Positions 50,031 to 60,265 of a stretch of 64,000 nt of DNA are shown here, in pieces (position 1 is the stretch's first letter; each line of letters opens with the position of its first letter). A program made the position numbers and the translations under genes. The stretch spans positions 37,510,001 to 37,574,000 of the forward strand of contig CM126226.1 of assembly GCA_052327205.1 (NCBI GenBank), written 5' to 3'. The notes beneath the pieces are model-generated. The model ran no database searches, was not told the origin of the DNA, and worked only from the letters and a program-made list of their open reading frames with translations. Origin of the DNA: Somniosus microcephalus (lineage: Eukaryota).

Positions 50031-50504
50031 TGATGTTGGAAATACATAGCGGGTCTCTCTTGGGCCCTTCTATAGATTGCTGTTCACCGGCTCGACATTT
50101 ATTTTTAACTTGGGAAATCTTTCTGATTGTGAAAGGGACACTTGTCCCTTTTTTTTAAATAAAACAAAAGTTGTAACGATTCATAGTTTGCTCCCGGATT
50201 CCTGCTGCTGACCCTGAGCTGCAGCATTGCGGAGGAATGAAACTCGGAATATTTGCATTTTTCTTGTCAGTACGGGGTGTCACAGTGTGTCCTGTCTTCT
50301 GTGATATATGCAGCAGCAGTTCCCTCAGGGCTTTGCTTCAAAAGAATCAGTCTCCCGTCGGGAGTGTGCGGAACACGCTAACAGTATCACAGCAACAGAG
50401 GCAGGCAGCTGGTGGTGACGACGCAGTGCAGGAAGAAGGGATGTGCATCTAACAGCACGGGTTTTGGCTTTTGTGATGGCTGTATTGGTAAATTATCTGT
50501 CCAA

Positions 50505-50790
50505 TGTGTAGCTCAGTCATACTCACCAGAAAGGTTGTACTTCCGACCCCTGCAGAGTTGGACCATTGTAGTAAGGGCACCAGCAGGGGGCGCTGCCATT
50601 GGTCTCAACACCCTTGGGTTAGAGTTGGGAAGAGTAAAGGCAGAGTTCCTGTTCCTGATCACCATTCGGTGAGCCCTCCTGGAAAAGGGGCAAATGTGCA
50701 CTTTGGGGAAACAACAGGATCCGACTCTGCTGCAGTGCTCCCCCACCCAGCGACCTGCTGACACTCGGATATCTGGCTCAGATACTTGTG
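50505..50790 (+). mobile_element. LF-SINE-like copy (diverged)
   Basis: ggggcgctgccattggtctca...gagttcctgttcctgatc...cctgctgacactc. Confidence 0.65.
50580..50594 (+). promoter_or_regulatory. Consensus CTCF core motif
   Basis: CCAGCAGGGGGCGCT matches the vertebrate CTCF core. Confidence 0.5.
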
Positions 50791-51154
50791 TAAGATAGGA
50801 ATATAGGAACAGGTGGAGGCCATTTAGCCCCCCCCTCTTCTGCCATTCAGTGAGATCATGGCTGACCTGTGACCTAACTCCAGGTACAATACTAGCAGTC
50901 ACCTGGCTCCTGTGGAACTCTTTCTCCAGCACCAGTCAGCCCTTCAGAAGACTTAGGAGCAAAATTGATGGTGGGGGAAGGAAAATAAATTCAAACTGCA
51001 GTCCAGTAATTGATGGTCGAGAGCACTGGACTGATGATTGTGGCTTGGAGTAAACTGTGTGACAGTGAAATAGCGGTGAGGCTGTTCCAGGCATTGAGTC
51101 CGCCCGACAGGATGGACATGGCTGTTCCTGCTGATCCTGTATTTTATGTGTACT

Positions 51155-51600
51155 GGTGTCAGCAGTGGCTCAGTGGGTAGCACTTGCGCTTCTGAGTCAG
51201 AACATCACGAGTTCAAGTCCCACTCCAGAGACTTGAGGACAAAAATCTAAGCTGACACTCCAGTGCAGTACTGAGGGAGTGCTGCATTGTCCGAGGTGCC
51301 GTCTTTCGGATGAGACATTATCTCAGGTGGACGTAAAAGAACCTTCGGTACTATTTTGATGAAGAGCAGGGGAGTTCTCCCCGGTGTCCTGGCCAATATT
51401 TATCCCTCAACCAACATCACTGAAACAGATTATCTGGTCATTATCACATTGCTGTTTGTGGGAGCTTGCTGTGCACAAGTTAGCTTCCGCGTTTCCTACA
51501 TTACAACAGTGACTACACTTCAAAATTACTTGATTGGCTGTAAAGAGCCTTGGGATGTCCTGAGGTCATGGAAGGCGCTATATAAATGCAATTAAAAAAA
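51155..51600 (+). mobile_element. DeuSINE, full length (best-preserved copy)
   Basis: A-box tggctcagtggg, B-box gagttcaagtcc, Deu core, and L2-type tail ggcgctatataaatgcaa. Confidence 0.9.
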
Positions 51601-52402
51601 ATTAGAGCTGTCCACTCCCTAATCCATACATACCCACCCTATGCCATCATTTAAAAGCCTTGTTGATTATAGATTGGAGGAGGAAGGAAAGACTGACTGA
51701 GATAAGCAGCTTTAAGGTGCTGGGAAAGAATGAATTAGGAGTCGTTTTAAAACAGTGAGAAAGGAGGAAGAAGAGGATGGAGGAACAAAGGTATCAATAA
51801 AATGAAGAAAGCTGAGAGAAGTTGTGACAGGTACAGCCGAGATTAGAAAATTCCCAAATGTGGAATCATGCCTCAGCTCACAGCACAGAGTGAGGTCAAA
51901 ACAATTGGAAAATTTCTCAGCTATGTGAAGCATAAATTGAAAGTTAAGTAGTAGCTGAGGTCACAATATCTAGGTTACAAGAAGATTAATATTGCACGCT
52001 GAGCATCGATTGCTGTTATTGCAGAACTGTTAATTTATTTGAATGAAATCCCTGGTGATGGTTAGTTTCCCCCAACCCATCCCCCGGAGTTAAAAATAGT
52101 TTCTACCTCTCCATCTCGCTGTCAATTATCGGATGAAAAAAGGGCTGTTTTTTCTTAATTAAAACGTTAGGTGAAGGGCCGAGGCCCATTGTGGAGAACA
52201 CCATCAAAGGATTAGGAGAGGAGCCGGTGGGACTGAATTGAAGCCTAACTGCCTCTGATACTGAGGGCGATGCTGTCTTGGCTGAAAGTACAGTTATAAT
52301 GAGGAACAATTATTGTTACACGTTCTCGCATGTGAAATGGAGTGGATGAAATGCGTACTTCAAAGCGACTGATGACATGAGTTATTGCCATAGTAACTGC
52401 TC

Positions 52403-52585
52403 TAGAATCATAAAATAGTACTGCACAGAAGGAGGCCATTCAGCCCATCGAGTCTGCGCCAGCTCTTCCGAAGAGCAATCCAGTTAGTCCCATTCCCCCG
52501 CTCTTTCCCCATATCTCCTTCAAGCATATGTCCAATTCCCTTTTGAAGGCTACTGTTGAATTTGTATCCACCATCCTATCAATCC
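52403..52585 (-). mobile_element. CR1 3' fragment
   Basis: tagaatcata...gcacagaaggaggccattcagccc...tccaattcccttttgaag. Confidence 0.85.
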
Positions 52586-52649
52586 TTACAGCTGAGAAGT
52601 CACACAATCCTGGATCCCTGGCACAAATGAGATTGGACTGGCCGAGAAA

Positions 52650-53037
52650 CATTAAGGGGTGATCTGATCAAAGTTTTCAAGATATTAAGGGGAACAGAAT
52701 GGGTAGATAGAGAGAAACTATTTCTGCTGGTTGGGGAGTCTAGGACTAAGGGGCATAGTCTAAGAATTAGAGCCAGACCTTTCAGGAGTGAAATTAGGAA
52801 ACACTTCTACACACAAAAAGGGTGGTAGAAGTTTGGAACTCTCTTCCGCAAACACCAGTTGATGATAGATCAATTGTTCATTTCAAATCGTAGATTGATA
52901 GCTTTTTGTTAACTAAAGCTATTAAAGGATATGGGTCAAAGGCGGGTATATGGAGTTAGGTTGCAGATCAGCCATGATCTCAGTAAATGGCGGATCAGGC
53001 TCGAGGGGCTCAATGGCCTACTCCTGTTCCTATGTTC
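52650..53037 (+). mobile_element. CR1 3' fragment (same subfamily as 17.6-18.1 kb)
   Basis: ttaaggggtgatctgatcaaagttttcaag...ggggagtctaggactaaggggcata...cctactcctgttcctatgttc. Confidence 0.9.
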
Positions 53038-53124
53038 AATTCTGCATCCTGGATCAAGATTAATCCGGTGACCAAGCCAATGTAAGTCTCTTGTCGCGTG
53101 AGAAAAGTCAGTTGTGTTGAAACC

Positions 53125-53385
53125 TTCTCTCCTCTGCCTTTCCCTCAACCTCTCCTTCCCAGGGTATGGTTTCAAGTAGCCAGTCATCATCCGGTACTTT
53201 GGCCAAGTGACAATCTTTCATATATCAGCCTAAATGGGGAGCACTGGCGGGTATTCAATTGCTGAAGGCATCACAGCTGCGTCCCAACCTGTCCTCACCT
53301 CATGTCCATGGGCATGAACTTTCCAGCAGAGCTCACTCGATGGTGATCAGAAGTGGGGGAACCCGAGTTGACTTTTCCCCTTTCT
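53125..53385 (-). mobile_element. LF-SINE-like 3' two-thirds
   Basis: ccggtactttggccaagtg...ggcatcacagc...cctgtcctcacc...actttccagcag. Confidence 0.7.
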
Positions 53386-54459
53386 CACCCCACTTCATAT
53401 GAATTACACTTGGTCAGAACTTGTGTACAACGCCACTTGAGATTGACTGATACATAAATTCGCAAATGGAAGTGGTGGCACCTTGTGTATTCTCCCATTT
53501 TTACTGTAAAAAATATATAAAATAACATTAACATGTCTTGTTTGGTAAATGTGCTGAGACTTTGCTCAGCAGGTTTATAATAGCGACACATTGCAGTACA
53601 AATAACAGAAGACAGGGAGAACACATGAAAAGAAGAGAGAAAGATGGGAAATGACAAAGAATATATTGTGAAAAGGAAAGAGGGTAAAATAGATGAGGAA
53701 CTGTGATCAAGCATACAAAAAAAACCAGGCAACTCCAGTCAAGACATGGGCTGATGTGGGCTGTGGAACGCTAGAGCAGTCAGTAGTGGGACACTCCTCC
53801 GAGTCAGGGGTTAAAGCTACAGCGGCCTACACTTAGACCGTAATTAAATGTTTGCCTTGTAGGAATTTCAATTTAGCCAACGTTACTAAAAAAAAATACA
53901 CATGGGGGATAAAACTGTGTTGTGTGGTATTACTAATGAATGCATTAACATCGCTTCTAGAATTCCTCTCTCCACCATCTTAAAGGCTTTCACCCAATGG
54001 GTTAAAATGGTGGACAGAGAAATGTGACAGAGCTGTGAGCGTGTTCATTAGTCCTGTTGCGGAGTCCTTTTTGCTGTTTTCAGTTTTTGTGGCAGAGGAA
54101 CTTCAGGAGCACATGGTTTCTGCAACCCTGCTGACCAGTGTTTCTCAGCATATATGCATTTTATTATAAGATATTAATAAGGCGACACAGTTTTGTGGTT
54201 TGCAGCTGTTGGGACTGACTTAGTTTCACTTTCCCTTCACAACCACGCATGCCTGAACCAGACGAGTCCTGAACATTCCTAAATCGTCGGCAATGAGACG
54301 CTTAACATTACATTAATCATTCCCATTTGTTCACCCTTTTACACTGATTCTCATTTTGACCCCCCTTCTCCGACTTTACGTTTGGATGTCTCAAACTATC
54401 TGAATTCAAATGTTAATCAAATCCTAACAATATTCTGACTTGCTAGGATCACGTCCTGT

Positions 54460-55045
54460 ACCGTCTCGGCCCCTGCCTCAGCTCATCCGCTGCTGAAACC
54501 CTCATCCATGCCTTTGTTACCTCTAGACCTGACTATTCCAACACACTCCTGGCCAGTCTCCTGCCTTGCACCCTTCATAAACTTGAGCTCATTCAAAACT
54601 CTGCTGCCCGTATTCCAACTCGCACCAAGTCCTGTTCACCCATCACTCATGCTCACTGACCTACATTGGCTCCCGGTCCAGCCACGTCTTGATTTTAAAA
54701 TTCTCATCCTTGTTTTCAAATCCCTCCATGGCCTCTCCCCTCCCTATCTCTGTAATCTCCTCCAGCCCTCCGAGATCTCTGCGCTCTTCCAGTTCTGGTC
54801 TCATGTGCATCCCCGATTTTAATCGCTCCACTGTTTTTTCAACTTGCTTTCAACTGTCAAGGTCCTGAGTTCTGGAATTCCCTCCCTAAACCTCTCCGCC
54901 TCTCCTCCTTTAAGACGCTCCTTAAAACCTACCTTTGACCAAGCTTTTGGTCACCGATCCTAATATCTCTGTTACTGGGTGTCAGTTTTTTTCTGATAAT
55001 GCTCCTGTGAAGTGCCTAGGAGCATTTTAGTATGCTAAAGGTGCT
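54460..55045 (+). mobile_element. L2 LINE 3' fragment
   Basis: ORF 54508-54822: LTDLHWLPVQPRLDFKILILVFKSLHGLSPPYL. Confidence 0.9.
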
Positions 55046-55734
55046 ATATAAATGCAAGTTGTCATTGTACCTGATGTTCCTAACACCACAACCCCCAACT
55101 TAATGACTATAGCATTTTATGAACTAAATTTAGGAAGGAAAAATGGAAACTTCCAAACTAAAAAATCCAACGTAAATATATCTTTTGAAATGAAGAGTGC
55201 TGGTACTTTCTGTGTTGTTTCTGGCTCTGATGGATAAGAGTGGAGATTGGGCTCTAGGTACTGAAGCAAATGCAGAGAAGCTGATAATGGTATCGTAGAG
55301 TGTAAATCCAGCCAGCAGTGACACCAAGAACTAACTGATTGTGGGATACTCCGCAGAGTACAGGCGACCTGGCTGTTTACTTAAAGGGAGTTTGCAGAGT
55401 TAGATGGGTGTTAAAGGTGCAGGAAATGATGTGGGACCCTGACATGAATCTTGTCATTCATGTGGAAATGACTTATGAAATAATACTGGGCAGCCTGCTG
55501 GTGGCGCTGTCCAGGGAGAGTATAAATACTCGGGCATGGGCCCAGCTTGCTCAGGACATTCTTTAACAGGAACTAGTGAAAGACACAACTAGACCACCAT
55601 GTTGTAAAACAGTTGATTAAATTGACGTAAGAAAACTACTAGGCACTTGGTCTAAGCTTTGTTTAATGCTTAGAACAAGTGCCTCGTAGTTTTCCTACGT
55701 CAGACCCTAATTCACATCCTCTGAAACTGCTGCA

Positions 55735-57130
55735 TGACAGCTTTGCTCCGTTAGTAACACTACTGGCTCTGAGTTAGAAGGTTAGGTCCAAGCCTCACTG
55801 TGGATTTAAGCACATAATCTAAGCTGAGACTTCAGGGCAGGTGGAACATAGAAATTGCTGGATGAAAAAACGCCAAGGCACATCTGGTTCACCACCTACC
55901 CTCCTGGTAGTCGCATGATAGATTGATAAGAGTTGCTGACTAATCATAGCAATCAATCGGCATCAATTCGCCTACAACAAACCCAGACATAACTTGTCCA
56001 CCACTGGTGGAGACCTTTGGGAACCGTAAGTCCAAAGTCGCCTATTCCTCCCAAGCATGCTACACTCAACACGTTATGTCTCAAATCACTCATATACTGT
56101 ATCCCAAAATTTTATTTTCTGAAAGCTATCTAATTTGCATCTGAATGAATCAATACTAACTGCATCCACTGCCTCCTAGGCAGTCTGTTCCATAGATTGA
56201 CCACTCGCTGACTGAAATAATGTTTCTGCGGATTAGTTTTGAATTTGCCCCCCTTCAAGCGCAGGTCGTGTCCTCTGGTTCCACTGTTCGGGACAAGGTG
56301 AAACAGCTCGTCGTGGTCTATATTATGTAGCAACTTTTAGAATCCTAACAACAGCAATCGTATCAACTCTCAACCTTCTCTTTTCCAGTGAGAACATATC
56401 TAATTTACATAATCACTTCTCAGAAGTCAATCCCTCGATCCCCTCAATCGTTCTGGTTGCTCTCTCCTGTACCCTTTCAATAGCTGTAATATCCTTTCTG
56501 TACTGTGGCGACCAGAACTGTACACCATATTCTAAGTGTAGTCACACCAATGATTTCTAAAGTGGCAGGATTACCTCACTATTTCCGCTCAATATTGACT
56601 TTTTAATAGGTCCCAACATCTGATTTGCTTTACTCACTGCCAGCGAGCATTGTTACAACAGCTTCAATTTATTGTCAGTCAGGGCACCCAGATCACTTTC
56701 ATTTTTCCACACACATTATTTTCTTTCCATTTAAGGAATGCTGAAGGATTCCTGCATTGCCAGATTTTTCGGATGAGATGTTAAACCGAAGCCCCAATTA
56801 CCTGCTCAGGTGTACGCTGCTACGGCAATGTTTGAAGAGCAGGGAGTTGTCCAGGTGCCTTGGCCAGCACACCACCAAAACAGATTCATTCATTTGATGT
56901 TTGTGAAAGAAAGACTTGCATTTATATAGCGCCTTTCACGACCATCGGACGTCTCAAAGCGCTTTACAGTCAATTAAGTACTTTGTGAAGTGTCGTCACT
57001 GTTGTAGGAAAATTGTGGGATCTTGCTGTGCATACATTGGTTGCTGTGTTTGCCTATAGAACAACTTTAAAAGTAATCCATCTGAGCAAAGCACTTGTGG
57101 GAAAATCCAGTTGCGTTGAATGAATGTAGG
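55735..57130. mobile_element. DeuSINE (plus) split by a CR1 (55846-56740, minus) and a second DeuSINE tail (56906-57010, minus)
   Basis: The head at 55735-55845 continues at ~56740 (ttttcggatgagatgttaaaccga). The CR1 ORF 56130-56333 reads TRGHDLRL...FSQRVVNLWNRLP. Confidence 0.7.
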
Positions 57131-57149
57131 GTTTTTTTTGTTGCTAATC

Positions 57150-57480
57150 TCGCCCCTGCACGCTTGAAGGTACTGACCCTGTCTGATGATTGGTTCCACA
57201 GTGGCTCGCTGCTACTTTGTCCAAGGGCTCACTTGCATCTGTTAGCCCCGACAGTGAGTGTTAACAAGCTTTTCAACCATGGGCTATCGCAGCCAAGCTT
57301 GACTTTCCCCTCACCCAATGTACACAAGCCCGCTATTTCCATTGGCCGCCACAAGATAGTGATCAGTACACAGGAGCCCTGCCTGATGTTTTTACCTCTC
57401 TATCCCAAGAGCAGCGAGTACAGATGTGACAGCCTGGCTACGATCAGCTCAGAGCATGTAAGGAACCCGGACCTACTCAC
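57150..57480 (-). mobile_element. LF-SINE-like (diverged)
   Basis: tgaaggtactgac...gacagtgagtgttaacaagct...cagccaagc...cctcacccaatg...gatagtgatcag. Confidence 0.6.
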
Positions 57481-57589
57481 TGCCCTAACTAGACGGAGAT
57501 CAGTAGACAAACGTCCCAAGGCATTTGTGTATCGCAGGAGTCTCCAGGTTTAAACGCCCCGGGTCTATTCAGTAAAATACACCCCAACA

Positions 57590-57828
57590 CCCCGGGTCTG
57601 TTCCAGAGTTTGAGCGGCCCCGGGTCTGTTCCAGAGTTTGAGCGGCCCCGGGTCTGTTCCAGAGTTTGAACGGCCCCGGGTCTGTTCCAGAGTTTGAGCG
57701 GCCCCGGGTCTGTTCCAGAGTTTGAGCGGCCCCGGGTCTGTTCCAGAGTTTGAGCGGCCCCGGGTCTGTTCCAGAGTTTGAACGGCCCCAGGTCTGTTCC
57801 AGAGTTTGAATGGCCCCGGGTCTGTTCC
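57590..57828. repeat. 28-bp minisatellite, about 8.5 copies
   Basis: Unit CCCCGGGTCTGTTCCAGAGTTTGA(G/A)CGG; period 28 (ttccagag at 57601, 57629, ...). Confidence 0.95.
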
Positions 57829-58444
57829 TCCCTTGCTCAGATCAGCGTATAACCGAGCCATAGTGTGCTGTGTCATTGCTCAGTTCTAAAGGTTAATTCT
57901 CCAGGATGGGGATCTCAACGCGGATTAATGCTTGGGACTGTACATCTGCATATTAAAGAAAGTATTTAATATCAGCAGCACTTTTTACAGTTCAGAGGTC
58001 CTCATATACCCAGACTGGAGCTGTTCACTAATAATATTTGACAATGTCAGCATTTAATTGGTTTCCCTGTGGGTTACTGTTCATTTGATTATGATGAAAT
58101 GATCTTGGGTTAAAATATATCACGTTCAGTCTTTTTAAGCAGTATTAAATTATATGTCAGGGCGAGGGCTTTGCGTTCCTCATGAGAGAAGTGGAACCTA
58201 GTTTAATTCATGCAGAAGCGGTTAGTTTGGGCACTGTAAAACTGAATAACTTTGCACTAAAATAATGACAGGAGTAAGTAATGGAACTGGATTCAGGCTG
58301 TCCGAAAATACGCAGGGAAAGTCTCAAATCTACTTATTCTGTGTCTGCATTTAATTTTGAGCATCTTCAGTGAAGGGCCATGACCCACAGTGGATGACAT
58401 CAGGAAAGGTGAGGAGAGTAGGAGAAATGATGAGGTAAGTCAGG

Positions 58445-58878
58445 AAATAAAGAATTGCATTTATAAAGCAGCTTATTGTGACTTTCAGAAACCTCAGAGT
58501 GCTTCCCATTGCAATGAAGTGCAGGGACTGTTGTTATGTGAGCAAATGTGACAGCCATTTTGCACACTGCACGATTCCCCCCCCCCCCCTCCCCAACAGA
58601 AATGGGTTGAATGAACAGTTAACCTGTTTTTGGTGGCTTTGGTTGAGAGAGGAATGTTTGCCAGGACACCGCGAGAACTCCCTGCTCTTCTTTAAAAGGT
58701 GCCAGGGGATCTTTAACATTTGCCTGAACCTGGGGAATGGAAAGTCAGAGTTAGTACCTCTGGCATTGCAGCTCTCCCTCAGCACTGCACTGGAGTGGGT
58801 GCCTAGATTATAAACTCACACCCTGGTGCAGGGCTCAAACCCTGATCCAAGGATAAGAGCGCGATCAACTGAGCCAAG
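58445..58878 (-). mobile_element. DeuSINE, full length (diverged)
   Basis: aattgcatttata...gccaggacaccgcgagaactccctgctctt...ctccctcagcactgcactggagtg...aactgagccaagg. Confidence 0.75.
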
Positions 58879-60104
58879 GTGATGATTTATTCCCATCTCC
58901 ATTTCCGTTCCTTTTTTAATAGTATTGATTATTTTCCTCCGCATACCTCGAAAGATTCCCACTTTTAAAAATAAACAAAACTCCAAATGGCATTGGTGTG
59001 TGTCAATATGCTCATCAGAAATGATCTGACAGTTTAGTAACAGTGTCGGCCAGTGTAGAACAATACCGATTCTGGAAAGGCTTGCATTAGGATGCAAATG
59101 GGTTTGACCCTTCTTGACTGCATTGCCTGTCTGTTGTTTAGACCCTGTTTGTACCTTCGTCACAACAAATGAATTCAAAACAATTATCTGTGTCTCAGTT
59201 TTTTTTCTTTAAAAGTAGCGAGAAACCATCCCTCATTATTTCCAGGCAGCAAATCCTGTTAAACAACAAATTAATTTTTATTGCCCTTATTTATAACGTC
59301 TTGGTCTGTTTAAACCTGCCTTTTGAAGGCCATTATAGTAATCATTAATGAAACTTCAGTACTGTCAGGTTGATTTAAAAAATTGATCATTTCCTATTAA
59401 GGGCAAACTTTGAGCAATTGTCAATAATTTAAAGGGGCACGGTGCCTTGATTGGTGTTAGTAGAACTGTAAATATTGTGATCCTAGCACCACTAACCTGA
59501 ACAAAGTTTTTCTCTCAGATTAATTTCATGAGGTGTCACACTCTTATCAAAGCCAACATTTGAAACATATCGTGACTGAACAGGTTTTCTCCTCACAATC
59601 CCGCCTGATTTCCTGTTTTCCAAACAGTGTGTGGGACAGTCAGAGATGTGAGAAAACTCACTGTTGCAATTGTCAACCAAGCTGATTAGAAAGGGAGGCA
59701 CGAACCTCTGCATTGGGGAATCAATTCCCTAATTATTTTGGAATTTAAATCATTTTGTGAAAAAGCTGTTTAAATTAAAATGTACCGTCAGGAGGAACGA
59801 GAAGACATTAAAAAATCTGCAGAGCTACTTTTGATTTTTTTTTAATTCGACGGAATTGTGCACAAGTATTCAAATTTCTTGATCACCATGGGACCTTCAT
59901 GTTGCTGGAACTCTAGAGAGGACAAGAGTGTAAGAAAGCATGGGGCAAGGAAAAGCTATTTGGCCCATCTAGTCCACTTCTTCCGACAGAATCATGGAGT
60001 CTGCAATGTCCCAGACTTTCCCCAACTCTGCTTCACCCAGCAATTCATTTGATCACTTGAGGACGGTGGTTCCAAGAAGAAAGGTTTTCCCCTGGCTCCT
60101 GCAC

Positions 60105-60265
60105 TCAGTGTCGCTTTCTGGGATCTTACCGTGCGCATATTGGTTGCCACGTTTCTCTACATTACAGCAGTGATGACACTTTAAAAACAATTCAGTGGCT
60201 GTGAAGCCATTTACGCCTTCCTGAGGACATGAAAGGAGCTATATAAATGCAAGTGTTTTCTTTCC
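60105..60265 (+). mobile_element. DeuSINE 3' fragment
   Basis: gggatcttaccgtgcgcatattggttgcc...gctatataaatgcaagtg. Confidence 0.75.

Noticed and set aside
51155-51235. tRNA gene
   Set aside because: The A/B boxes belong to a SINE head that continues directly into the Deu body. There is no complete cloverleaf.
57590-57828. 28-bp repeats as a CRISPR array
   Set aside because: The units are head-to-tail with no unique spacers, there are no cas genes, and the context is eukaryotic.
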